Below are positions 46,358-56,045 of a DNA stretch of 64,000 bases, piece after piece (within the stretch, counting starts at the first letter, position 1; each line of letters opens with the position of its first letter). The notes under the pieces were generated by a model that ran no database searches, was not told the DNA's origin, and worked only from the letters and a program-made list of their open reading frames with translations. This stretch comes from Candidatus Latescibacterota bacterium (GTDB taxonomy: Bacteria; Latescibacterota; UBA2968; UBA8231). Location of the stretch: positions 1 to 64,000 of the forward strand of contig OZ220090.1 of NCBI GenBank assembly GCA_964291625.2. The letters run 5' to 3'. Made by a program: the position numbers and the translations under genes.

Positions 46358-49063
46358 GTGAAAGTCCGAACCCTCACACGATCCGCGCTGGCGGTGGCAG
46401 CGGCGTCCCTGCCCCTAGGCCCCCCCGCCGAGGCCCAGATGCTCTCCCGGGAAGACTACCCCCTGTGGGAGAAGGAGGCGTACGAGAACATCGGCCGCTT
46501 CGGGTACCGCGACTTCGACGAGCGCGACGTGGAGAGGCGGGTCTACGACCCCTTCGGGGTCTACCTCATCGATGGCGTCCCGGTCTTCGCCCTCGAGGAG
46601 AGCCGCACCCAGGGACCCGAGCGGGGCAGCGGCATCTTCAAGAGCCCCCTCTATCCGAGCATCTTCCGCAACCTGATGATCGGCATGGACTCCTACCGGG
46701 GGTGGGCGGCCTCGATCATGGTGGGCGACGCCGTGCCCACGCGGTTCTCTTCCCTCACCCTGAACCTGAGCCGGCTCAACGGCATCCGCTTCGACGCCTC
46801 CTCCCGCAAGTCGAGCTTCAGCCTCGTGGGCTCGCGAATCTCCGACCCGGTGCTGCTGGCCACGGGCCTGACCCAGAGCGGCGTCCAGGTCAACCCCGAG
46901 GGCGTTTTCGGAAGGCCGACCTTCGGGAGCTACCTCATAGGCGGCCACTGGGAGACGACCCTGGGCAACGTCCTCACCCTCGGATCGAGCTACGTCAACG
47001 TCCACAACTTCGACAGCGTCGCGGGCCGGGACGAGGGATCCCTCAAGGGAGTCGTTCCCTTTTCCGGCCTGGAGGAGGCGAGGTCGGTCTTCGTCATCGT
47101 CACCGACGATTCCCACTGGGACCGCAACGGCCCCAAGATCTTCCGAATGGAGATCTACGTCGACGGCGAGCTCCGGGAGGACATCGAGCCCATGATCCGG
47201 ATGCTTCCGTCGCTGCCCGTTCTCGTGGGGGAGGCGAACCGGGAGATCGGACTGGGGACGAGCGAGATCAACCTGCGGCGGGCGGACCGGCCCTCCTGGT
47301 TGATCGAGAGCTACCAGATGGAGGAGATCGTCCGCGAGGGCTATGACCGCCGGGGCAACCTCAGCAACTTCACCAGCGGCGGCCTGTTCTTCAAGGGGGG
47401 CGTGGAGGTGACCCACGAGGGGGTCCCCTTCCTGCGGGCCGAAGGGACCGACGTCCTCGTCTACCGGTTCGACGTGCCCCCGGGGACGAGGGAGGTCCGC
47501 TTCCGTGCTCTGGCCGCCGGGGACTACGTGATCGACGTGGCCAGCGCCCTCGGCTGGATCGGGACGGACGTGCAGTGGCGGGACTGGCACACGGTGGAAC
47601 GCGCCCCCGGAAACGTCCGCGACGACGGCAACATGCGGTGGGTCACCTTCCGCTACGGCTTTCCCACCGGCATGGTCCTCTTCGGCATGGACTTCGAGGC
47701 CAGCCTCTTCGGCTTCCGGGCTTGGGGGGAGTTCGCCCGCAACCGGTCCTACTTCAAGTTCCCCTCCGGCCAGGGGGGGCGACTGTCCACGACCGAGGAC
47801 GCCTGGTTCATCAACCTCTACCGGGAGGTGGGGGCCTGGGACCTGGGCTTCGAGTACATGAACATGCCCTCGGCCTTCGCCACGAGCTTCCCGGCCCTCA
47901 TGCAGAACCCGCGGCAGAACGTGGTGGCCCCCTTCGAGCTGGTGGACGACAACGACGACCGCGACGAGTGGCCCGACCGCTGGGAACAGCAGCGCGACTT
48001 CGCCTCACTCAACCTCACGCCGGCGCCGGGATCGGGACTGGGCTTCGGCGTCTTCCCCGGGCTCGACGTGGACAACGACGGCCAGCGGGACAACGTCTGG
48101 TACCGCGGCGCCGACCGGATCCTGACCTACTACGACCAGCCCTTCTATTTCGGCGACGACTTCAACAACAACGGGCTGGTGGACGGGTGGGAGAACGACA
48201 ACCGGCCGGACTATCCCTACGACCTGGACCGCCGGGGAGCGCACGGCTTCGTCACCTGGCGGCCCTTCTCCGACCGCAAGAGCGTCTGGATGCGCCTCGG
48301 CCGCTACGACGTGCGGCAGCCCGACGGCGGCGGCCGGGACCGGGCCATCTACCTGAAGGCCAACTACCTGCGGCGCTGGGAGGGGCTGGGGCGGGTGCAA
48401 CTCAGCTACTACGGCAAGCGGGTCCGGGACGACGTGCCCGACGACCTCTACCAGCTCAGCAGCGGCTACCGCATCCTGCCCGACCGGCTGCTGCGGCGCA
48501 ACAGCCTGGTGAACACCCTCCTGGCGGGGGGCCACCTGAACACCGACGCCCTCCCGAACCTCAACATCTACAACGACATTCGGCTCTCGATCAACGACCA
48601 GCGGGAGCTGGAGGAGGAGGACTTCCAGCAGCCCGACGCCCGGGTCACGGGCGTGGGCTACGTGGCCCGGGCGGATTACACATGGCGCCTCGGGCCAAAC
48701 CTGAGCTTCGGCCCCATGTTCAAGGCGACCGTCAACCGCACCCTGGCGCGCCTTCCCAGCCTGCGGAGCCACAGCTACACCCTGACGCCGATCTTCCGGG
48801 GCGACTACCGCTTGGCGTCGAGCACGGTGCTGCGGGCGGGGCTGCTGGGAGTGCCCTTCCGGGCGCAGTCCCGGAACCTGCTGTGGCCGTTCCTCGACAA
48901 CGACTCCTGGTACTACATCCTGCTGTTGGAGAACCTCGGCAACTACCGCGGTATCGACGTGAGCACCAGCATCGGCTTCCAGAAGAACTACGTCCGCTAC
49001 ATCTCCTCCCACCGGGTCCCCAGCGGGTCCGAGCGCTACTTCATCCGGCTGCGGATCGGCTAG
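46358..49063 (+). CDS. Large hypothetical exported protein, putative outer-membrane beta-barrel with Asp-rich loop (paralog 1)
   Basis: Signal peptide ending AEA. Alternating aromatic/hydrophobic strands. Motifs DDNDDRDEWPD, GVFPGLDVDNDG, DFNNNG and PDYPYD. Confidence 0.7.
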   Translation: MKVRTLTRSALAVAAASLPLGPPAEAQMLSREDYPLWEKEAYENIGRFGYRDFDERDVERRVYDPFGVYLIDGVPVFALEESRTQGPERGSGIFKSPLYPSIFRNLMIGMDSYRGWAASIMVGDAVPTRFSSLTLNLSRLNGIRFDASSRKSSFSLVGSRISDPVLLATGLTQSGVQVNPEGVFGRPTFGSYLIGGHWETTLGNVLTLGSSYVNVHNFDSVAGRDEGSLKGVVPFSGLEEARSVFVIVTDDSHWDRNGPKIFRMEIYVDGELREDIEPMIRMLPSLPVLVGEANREIGLGTSEINLRRADRPSWLIESYQMEEIVREGYDRRGNLSNFTSGGLFFKGGVEVTHEGVPFLRAEGTDVLVYRFDVPPGTREVRFRALAAGDYVIDVASALGWIGTDVQWRDWHTVERAPGNVRDDGNMRWVTFRYGFPTGMVLFGMDFEASLFGFRAWGEFARNRSYFKFPSGQGGRLSTTEDAWFINLYREVGAWDLGFEYMNMPSAFATSFPALMQNPRQNVVAPFELVDDNDDRDEWPDRWEQQRDFASLNLTPAPGSGLGFGVFPGLDVDNDGQRDNVWYRGADRILTYYDQPFYFGDDFNNNGLVDGWENDNRPDYPYDLDRRGAHGFVTWRPFSDRKSVWMRLGRYDVRQPDGGGRDRAIYLKANYLRRWEGLGRVQLSYYGKRVRDDVPDDLYQLSSGYRILPDRLLRRNSLVNTLLAGGHLNTDALPNLNIYNDIRLSINDQRELEEEDFQQPDARVTGVGYVARADYTWRLGPNLSFGPMFKATVNRTLARLPSLRSHSYTLTPIFRGDYRLASSTVLRAGLLGVPFRAQSRNLLWPFLDNDSWYYILLLENLGNYRGIDVSTSIGFQKNYVRYISSHRVPSGSERYFIRLRIG

Positions 49064-49066
49064 GCC

Positions 49067-51895
49067 ATGGGCAAGTCCGGAATCCTCCTTCGTCTCGCCG
49101 CCGCCGCCCTGGTCCTGCAGGGAGTGCCGGCGGATACCGCCGTGCGCGGTCCCGGTCTCTTCCTCTACCGGCCGGGCGAGGGCTACACGACCCATGCGAG
49201 GGAGTCCTACAAGCACTGGCCGCGCTCCTACCTGGTGCGGCCCGAGGACCTCGTCTTCGACGAGCTCGGGAACTTCATCGTCGAGGGGATCGAGGTCTTC
49301 CGGCTGCGGGAGTCGCGGACCCTCGACCCCGAGCCCGGCAGCGTCATCGACAAGAGCCGCTACTTCAAGGACTACCTCAGCCGGCTCTCGGTCGCCTCCG
49401 ATTCGTACGGGGAGTTCCACACCACCCTCGCCGTAGGCGACCAGATCCGCACGAAGTTCACCTCCCTCACCCTGGACTTGGCGGCGATGAACGGCATCCG
49501 CTGGGACATGAGCACCTCCAAGGGGGACTTCACCCTCATCAACTCCCGCCTGGACTACCCGATCTTCGACGTCGCCACCAACGACGACAACAAGCAGCAC
49601 AACTACAGCGTCTTCGGCACCAAGCCGCCGTACTTCGCCACCTACCTGCTGGGCTCCCACCTGCGGACCAGCATCGGGGCCCTGAACCTCGGGGCGGTGT
49701 GGGTCAACCAGTACCGCATCAACAGCCTCCTCGGGCGCGGTGAGTGGGACCTGCGCGGGGCGATCCCGGGGAACACGCCCTCCATCGACTACCTGGTGGT
49801 CCGCTTCGCCGACGGATCGATCGATGACGGCGGCGGACCCCGCGTCTACGATCTGAAGGTCTACGTCAACGGCGAGTTGCGGCCGGAACTGCGGGTCCAC
49901 CCGGACGCCGCCTCGGCGGCGGGCATCGACGACACGGGTCGCATCGTCGTGACCCGCCACCACGTGGAGGATATCGATCCGGCCTTCCCCAACGGCGACA
50001 AGCTGTTCCCCCGGGAGCTGGACCGCGAGATCCCGCCCTACGTGGAGTTCATCAGCGGCCTCCTGCCCGAGGAGTTCCCGGGTGAGAGGGGGTACATCGA
50101 GGCCCACGGCAAGGAGTACCTGCTCTACTGGGTGCCCCTGGGCGAGGAGGATGTGAACGACGTGACCTTCCGGGCCCGGGTCGCCAACGACTACCGGATC
50201 AGCATGTCCGAGGTCTATGCCAACGTCCCCTCCCGGTCTCGCGAGGGACGGACCCCGCGCGACCGGAACCGGGCCCTCTACTTCCAGGACGTGGCCCACG
50301 CCCGGGGCAGGATCCAGGACCTGTCCAACCTGAAGGTCGTCGAGTTCCGGTACGGCCGGCAGACGGGAAGGATGCTCGCCGGCGTCCACGCCGACCTGGA
50401 GGTGGAGGACTTCTCCTTCCGGGCCGAGTACGACGTGAGCACCGACTTCCGCCGTTACCCCGTGGCCGCCGGCAAGCGCAGCCGCACCCGGGGAGACGCC
50501 TTCTTCGCCAACGCCAGAATTCGGCGGGGGATATGGGAGTTCGGCGGCGAGGTGTTCTCCATGGACCCGGAGTACGGGACCTCCCTGCACGTGCAGGACC
50601 CGTCGTACCAGAGCTTCGTCACCCTGCCCTTCAACCCCCTTGACAGCGAGATCGAGGGCAGCCTCAAGGGTATCGACGGCTTCAACCAGAGCACTCTGAA
50701 CGGCACCCTGGTCTTCGACACGGTCGAGGACAACGACGACAAGGACCGCTTCGCCGACGCCCACTACATCAAGTCGCGGCGCGACCTCGACGGCGTCTTC
50801 CCGGGCCTCGATCTCGACCAGGACGGCCGGCCCGAGACGAACCGCAACAACAACGGCATTCCCGACTATCTCGAGCCCTTCCTGCTCTTCGAGGTCAACC
50901 CCGAGGAGTACGACTACGGCGACGACCTGAACAACAACGGGATCATCGACATCCGCGAGGACGACCCCACCGTCGACTACCCGTACGACCCCGACCTGGA
51001 GGGCCTCCACCTCTTCGCCAGCGCAAGCCCCCTGCGGGGGGCCTCGCTCACCGTCGGCCGCTACCAGACGCGGCAGATCGCCGCGGGGGGGCACAACAAC
51101 GTCCTGTACGGCAAGGCCGTGTACGAACGCCATTTCCCCTTCTGGGGGCGCTTCACTTTGATCAACTTCGCCAAGAGAGTGGAGGACGACATCCGCAACG
51201 ACGTCTTCCTCTTTCCCCGCAACGCCACCTTCGAGCTGCAGGAGGACGTGAGCGGGCGCATCACCGGAACCGGTCTCGGCGTGACCCTCATCGAGGATCC
51301 CCTGCGCATGCAGGACAGCTTCGTCAACACGGCCTACGCCGCCCTCGACTTCGCCGGGCTGGAGCCGGTCGAGATCCACCTCGACTACAAGCACGACTTC
51401 AACCACCAGTTCGGCCGGGACGGCGGCGAGGCCAACCGCATCGTCCGTTCGACCTCCGTGGTCAAGGGGGAGTACCCCCGTCACCTCTCGGGAAGGTTCC
51501 GGGGCATCACCATCACTCCCCGGGTCAAGGTGATGTCCCAGAAGCTGACGGACGAGCGCTTCCCGATCTCCGTGCTGCACGAACTGTTCTTCTATCCCAT
51601 CCTGCGGCTGGACTGGAGGCTGACCCCCCTCACCAGCGTGCGCATGGGGGCCCAGGGGTTCCCCTTCCTCCGCAGCCGCTCGCTGGACCTGGTCAACCCC
51701 TCGCGGGACTTCGACGGTGAGGACTACGTGGCCATCCTGGCCAACACCTTCACCTACCAGGGCTACGAGGTGAACTTCAACGTGGGGTACCAGGTGCAGA
51801 AGAGGACCTTCGATTCCCCGCTCCGGGCCCAGTCCAACGTGAACACCTCCATCTTCTTCTTCCGGGCCCTGGTGGGGCTGAGGCCGGTGATCTAG
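49067..51895 (+). CDS. Large hypothetical exported protein, putative outer-membrane beta-barrel with Asp-rich loop (paralog 2)
   Basis: Signal peptide. Motifs FTSLTL..MNGIRWD, EDNDDKDRFAD, GVFPGLDLDQDG, NRNNNGIPDYLEPFL and DYPYD. Confidence 0.7.
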   Translation: MGKSGILLRLAAAALVLQGVPADTAVRGPGLFLYRPGEGYTTHARESYKHWPRSYLVRPEDLVFDELGNFIVEGIEVFRLRESRTLDPEPGSVIDKSRYFKDYLSRLSVASDSYGEFHTTLAVGDQIRTKFTSLTLDLAAMNGIRWDMSTSKGDFTLINSRLDYPIFDVATNDDNKQHNYSVFGTKPPYFATYLLGSHLRTSIGALNLGAVWVNQYRINSLLGRGEWDLRGAIPGNTPSIDYLVVRFADGSIDDGGGPRVYDLKVYVNGELRPELRVHPDAASAAGIDDTGRIVVTRHHVEDIDPAFPNGDKLFPRELDREIPPYVEFISGLLPEEFPGERGYIEAHGKEYLLYWVPLGEEDVNDVTFRARVANDYRISMSEVYANVPSRSREGRTPRDRNRALYFQDVAHARGRIQDLSNLKVVEFRYGRQTGRMLAGVHADLEVEDFSFRAEYDVSTDFRRYPVAAGKRSRTRGDAFFANARIRRGIWEFGGEVFSMDPEYGTSLHVQDPSYQSFVTLPFNPLDSEIEGSLKGIDGFNQSTLNGTLVFDTVEDNDDKDRFADAHYIKSRRDLDGVFPGLDLDQDGRPETNRNNNGIPDYLEPFLLFEVNPEEYDYGDDLNNNGIIDIREDDPTVDYPYDPDLEGLHLFASASPLRGASLTVGRYQTRQIAAGGHNNVLYGKAVYERHFPFWGRFTLINFAKRVEDDIRNDVFLFPRNATFELQEDVSGRITGTGLGVTLIEDPLRMQDSFVNTAYAALDFAGLEPVEIHLDYKHDFNHQFGRDGGEANRIVRSTSVVKGEYPRHLSGRFRGITITPRVKVMSQKLTDERFPISVLHELFFYPILRLDWRLTPLTSVRMGAQGFPFLRSRSLDLVNPSRDFDGEDYVAILANTFTYQGYEVNFNVGYQVQKRTFDSPLRAQSNVNTSIFFFRALVGLRPVI

Positions 51896-54800
51896 TGGGG
51901 CTCGCCGCGATCAGCCTGCGGGGCTTCGTTCCGCGAAGGGCCGTCCTGGCGGCCCTGGCCGGGCTCGGCGTTCTCGCCCCGGCGTCCGGCGGCGCCCAGG
52001 AGACCGATGGCTGGAGCTGGGGGCCGCGCACGGGCATCGAGATCCCCGAGGTGCCGCGGGTTCTGCCCGACCGGATGTTCCTCCGGCGGCCGGCCGATCC
52101 TTACAGGAACTACGCTCACCGGGAGAGGATGTACACCAACTACCCGACGGTCCTGTCGCCGTACCGGGACCCCAAGCGGTTCTACTACGGCCCCCTGGGC
52201 AACCGCCTGGCCTACGGGATCCCCGGCTACGACTGGGTCGAGACCCGGGGCCTGGGCCCCCAGGGCCGGGGCAGCTCCTCCCTGGCGATCACCGGGAACC
52301 TCTACCACTATCCCGGCCGCGAGCAGACGACCTACCGGCGCTACTTCGAGGACGTGCTCACCGTATCGGAGCAGACCGACTCCTGGTCGGGGAGCCTGAC
52401 CATCGCCCAGGAGATGAGGGGGCGCTTCACCCCCCTGACTCTCAAGGTCAACGCCTTCCCCGGCTTCCGCCTCGACTGGGGCACCGAGCACAGCGACCTG
52501 TCGGCCCTGTTCATGACTTACAGCACGGTGCGCATGGGCGCCCTCCACATGCAGCGCCGCGTGGGCCTGCTCGACTTCGGGCTGACCTACGTCAACGCCC
52601 ACGAGAGCTTCAGCGACAGCTACGGCCACGCCTTCTCCCGCAAGGGCGTGCTGCGCCACAACCAGCCCTACCCGGAGATCATCGCCGTCAAGTTCTCCGA
52701 CGACTCGCCCGACGACGACCGGGGCGGACCCCACATCGTGGAGCTGAACATCTACGTGAACGGGGTCCTGCGGAAGGACATCGTCCCCGACGTGATCGAG
52801 CAGGTCGACGGCGTCAGGCGGTCCTCGGTGGGCAAGCTCACCACCCAGGGCCTGGTGCGCAACGCCTACGCCGAGCTGTCGGCCGCCTTCACCTCCTCGG
52901 TACCCACGGGGACCACGTACATGCGCTATCGCCACGACGAGGCGCCTCTGTACATGGACTATCTGTTCTTCCGGGACCTCCGGCTGCACGACCCCGTCGA
53001 CCCCGACCGCGAGTTTACCACCTATGTGTGGCGCGACGTGGAGTTCCCCGTCGAGGAGCCTTGGCACCTGGCGGTCAACCTGGAGCCCGGCTCCACGGAC
53101 CGGAGCTACTACAAGGACAACGCCGCCGAGATCCTGGCCGAGCGCTTCACCGAGGAGGAGGTCCTCCGAATCCTCATTCGCAACAATGCCCTGAACAACG
53201 TCTTCAGGCCCCTGGACCAGTCCTTCCGCTGGCGCAGCGACGAGACGGGGCCGATCGAGGTCTCCGGCGACGACTTCGTCGTCTACTACTTCAACCTGGC
53301 GGGCCAGGGCTTCGTCCAGTCCGTCTCCTTCGATGCCCTGGTGGCCAACGACTACAAGATCGAGGTGGGCACCGTGGCCCGGAAGAGGGACTACGACCTC
53401 GACGATCCGCGGGCGGCGATCGACGTTCCCTACACGGGGCGCTACGGCCAGCCCACCCTCTACCGTACCGTGAAGCGAGCCCCGGGCAACGTCCAGGACC
53501 GTTCCAACCTCGAGCGCATCACCTTCGACATCGGCTCCGAGACGGGGATGGAGATCTACGGCGCCGACTTCAGCACCAACATCTACGGCCTGAAGATCGA
53601 CGGGGAGTACGCCCGGAGCCTGCACCACTTCCAGTACCCCGACGGCGTGGTCGGCCCGAATCCCACCACCCCCGTGCGCGCCGGCAAGCGCTTCGACAGG
53701 AAGGGCGAGGCCTACTACCTCGTGGTCCGCAAGGAGCACGAGCGCTTCGACTGGGGAGCCGAGTACTTCCACATGGGGCCGAACTACAACACCGAGTTGC
53801 TCCTGCTGGGCACGCCGGCCGTGCCCCACTTCAACAGCACCCTGCGGCTCATGATGGTCGACGACAACGACGACGACGACCGCTTCCCCGACTCCTGGTT
53901 CCAGCAGTACATCTCCGGCTTCGTCCACGAGGGCGTCGACGCCGACGGCGTCTTCCCGGGCAAGGACCTCGACGGCGATGGCCGGCCGGACACCAACCGC
54001 AACGGCAACCGCCTTCCCGACTATCTCGAGCCCTTTCTGATGTACGACGTGGAGTCGGACGATTACGTCTACGATCTCGACATGAACAACAACGACCGTC
54101 CCGACAGCCGCGAGGACGATCCCGAGCCCGACTATCCCTACGCCGAGGACCTGGAGGGCTACCACGCCATCGGCACCTGGCGCCTGACGGATGACCTCGC
54201 CCTCTCCCTGGGTCGCCTCGACTCCCGCCAGGTCCACGGCGGCGGCGCCAATCTCATGAACTACAGCCGGCTGAGCTGGACCGCCAGGAAACCGCGCCTC
54301 GGCCAGCTCCACGTGGAGAACACCCTCAAGCGCGTCTGGGACTCCGTGCCCGACCGCGTCCTCGTCTCCTCCGACTTCTCCAGGGGACCCTTCGGCAAGG
54401 TGCACCTGGCCGGCTTCGGGTACCAGCAGCAATGGGATCTGAACCTCATCGAGGACGAGCTGAGGTACCGCAACAGCTGGGCCAACCGGTTCTTCGTCCA
54501 GGCCGACCTGAGCCCGCTGCGGGGCCTGAGGATGCACCACAACCTGCGCTACGAGCTCAACCGCCAGCAGCCTGGGTTGCTCGACGACGGCACGCACCAG
54601 AGGAGCAACGAGATCCGCGCCCTGAGCTCGGTCCACCGCCTTGACTACACCTGGCGCCGGTTCAAGAAGCGGCTGGAGATCGGCCCGGCCTTCAAGCTGC
54701 TCTTCCTCAAGCGCACCCAGGAGACGGTCGACGTGGCCCTGGCGGACGAGACGACGGTGATCCCCATCTTCAAGGCGAGCTACCACGTGACGCCCAAGAC

Positions 54801-55059
54801 CACCTTCCGCTTCGGCGTTCAGGGTCTGCCCTTCTGGAAGTACCGGCTGAGGGACAACGGCAACGAGTGGAACAGCTTCGAGCAGAACGTCTACGTTCTG
54901 ATGATGACCAACCGCTCCGACTACTTCGGCTACGAGATCGTCACCAACGCCGGCATGACCTTCGACAGCCGCACCTACGACAACCCCTTCCGCGGGGCGG
55001 ACAACACCGACATCATGGCCACCTTCGTGCAGATCGTGGCAGGAGCACCCCAGCTTTGA
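51895..55059 (+). CDS. Large hypothetical exported protein, putative outer-membrane beta-barrel with Asp-rich loop (paralog 3)
   Basis: Signal peptide. Motifs FTPLTL, DDNDDDDRFPD, GVFPGKDLDGDG, NRNGNRLPDYLEPFL and PDYPY. Confidence 0.7.
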   Translation: MGLAAISLRGFVPRRAVLAALAGLGVLAPASGGAQETDGWSWGPRTGIEIPEVPRVLPDRMFLRRPADPYRNYAHRERMYTNYPTVLSPYRDPKRFYYGPLGNRLAYGIPGYDWVETRGLGPQGRGSSSLAITGNLYHYPGREQTTYRRYFEDVLTVSEQTDSWSGSLTIAQEMRGRFTPLTLKVNAFPGFRLDWGTEHSDLSALFMTYSTVRMGALHMQRRVGLLDFGLTYVNAHESFSDSYGHAFSRKGVLRHNQPYPEIIAVKFSDDSPDDDRGGPHIVELNIYVNGVLRKDIVPDVIEQVDGVRRSSVGKLTTQGLVRNAYAELSAAFTSSVPTGTTYMRYRHDEAPLYMDYLFFRDLRLHDPVDPDREFTTYVWRDVEFPVEEPWHLAVNLEPGSTDRSYYKDNAAEILAERFTEEEVLRILIRNNALNNVFRPLDQSFRWRSDETGPIEVSGDDFVVYYFNLAGQGFVQSVSFDALVANDYKIEVGTVARKRDYDLDDPRAAIDVPYTGRYGQPTLYRTVKRAPGNVQDRSNLERITFDIGSETGMEIYGADFSTNIYGLKIDGEYARSLHHFQYPDGVVGPNPTTPVRAGKRFDRKGEAYYLVVRKEHERFDWGAEYFHMGPNYNTELLLLGTPAVPHFNSTLRLMMVDDNDDDDRFPDSWFQQYISGFVHEGVDADGVFPGKDLDGDGRPDTNRNGNRLPDYLEPFLMYDVESDDYVYDLDMNNNDRPDSREDDPEPDYPYAEDLEGYHAIGTWRLTDDLALSLGRLDSRQVHGGGANLMNYSRLSWTARKPRLGQLHVENTLKRVWDSVPDRVLVSSDFSRGPFGKVHLAGFGYQQQWDLNLIEDELRYRNSWANRFFVQADLSPLRGLRMHHNLRYELNRQQPGLLDDGTHQRSNEIRALSSVHRLDYTWRRFKKRLEIGPAFKLLFLKRTQETVDVALADETTVIPIFKASYHVTPKTTFRFGVQGLPFWKYRLRDNGNEWNSFEQNVYVLMMTNRSDYFGYEIVTNAGMTFDSRTYDNPFRGADNTDIMATFVQIVAGAPQL

Positions 55060-55105
55060 GCTGGCCGCACCCACGCAACCCGATTCACCACGAGGTCGGA
55101 CCGCA

Positions 55106-55648
55106 ATGAGGAACCTCATCCTGACCCTTGTCCTCTCCGGGATCCTGCTGCCCTGCCGCGCCCACGCCGAGGAGGACGTCTTCGCCGCGCGCGAGACCGC
55201 CTCCCGCAAGCGGGCCGTGATCCTGTCGGCCCTCTTCCCGGGGCTGGGGCAGCTCTCCACCGGGCGCCAGGTGACGGGGACGATCCTCCTCGTCGCCGAG
55301 ATCGGCTCCCTGGCGACGGTCCTGACGGCCAACGAGAACTACAACACCCGTCTCGACAACTTCGAGCGGCTGAAGTCGGAGTACGAGCAGATGGCGGCGG
55401 GCAACAGCCGGCACGACCTGGCCGAGCAGCGCTGGAAGGAGCTGACGGCCGAGGCCGACGACCTCGACGGCCTGCACAACCTGCGCCGGGCCTACACGGC
55501 CGCCGCCGTGGGCATATACGTCTACAACCTCGTCGACATCCTTCTCCTCAACCCCCCCGAGGCCGCGGCGGCCAGGTCCTGGAGCCTGCGCGCCGTGCCC
55601 GGTCTGGGGGAGGGGCCCGCCCGGCTGATGGTGACGGGAAGCTTCTGA
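55106..55648 (+). CDS. Hypothetical membrane/exported protein (DUF5683-like)
   Basis: Signal peptide, AVILSALFPGLGQL motif, a helical segment, and IYVYNLVD. Confidence 0.65.
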   Translation: MRNLILTLVLSGILLPCRAHAEEDVFAARETASRKRAVILSALFPGLGQLSTGRQVTGTILLVAEIGSLATVLTANENYNTRLDNFERLKSEYEQMAAGNSRHDLAEQRWKELTAEADDLDGLHNLRRAYTAAAVGIYVYNLVDILLLNPPEAAAARSWSLRAVPGLGEGPARLMVTGSF

Positions 55649-55667
55649 AACCTCTCGGAGATTGAGC

Positions 55668-56045
55668 ATGAGCAAGGCTCTCTGGCCGTTGCTGGCCGTC
55701 CTTTCCCTCTGCATCTCGGGGTGCAGCGAAGAGCACAGCCTCCCCTCGAAGTTCCACGACGGCAGGGTGGAGACTCCCGCCGACCTGGAGGCGAGGTTCG
55801 AAGGGGACGACGTCGTCCTGGAGTGGAACGTCGACGGGCCCGGGGAGATCCTCTACTACATCGTCACCATGGCGGAGGGCACCACCGGCGCAGAGCGGCA
55901 GTTCACCGCGCCCGGGGACAGCGCCTCGTACGCCCTGGTGGAGTTCGCCTGGACCGACTCCTTCTACATCTTCCAGGTGCAGGCGGTGGACCATACCGAC
56001 TTCGTGGGAGAGGCCTCCAACGTGGACACCCTCTTCGTCCCATGA
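55668..56045 (+). CDS. Small lipoprotein with fibronectin type III-like domain
   Basis: Lipobox ISGC and the FN3 pattern TPADLEA...VVLEW...YYIV...YIFQVQAVD...GEASN. Confidence 0.7.
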   Translation: MSKALWPLLAVLSLCISGCSEEHSLPSKFHDGRVETPADLEARFEGDDVVLEWNVDGPGEILYYIVTMAEGTTGAERQFTAPGDSASYALVEFAWTDSFYIFQVQAVDHTDFVGEASNVDTLFVP

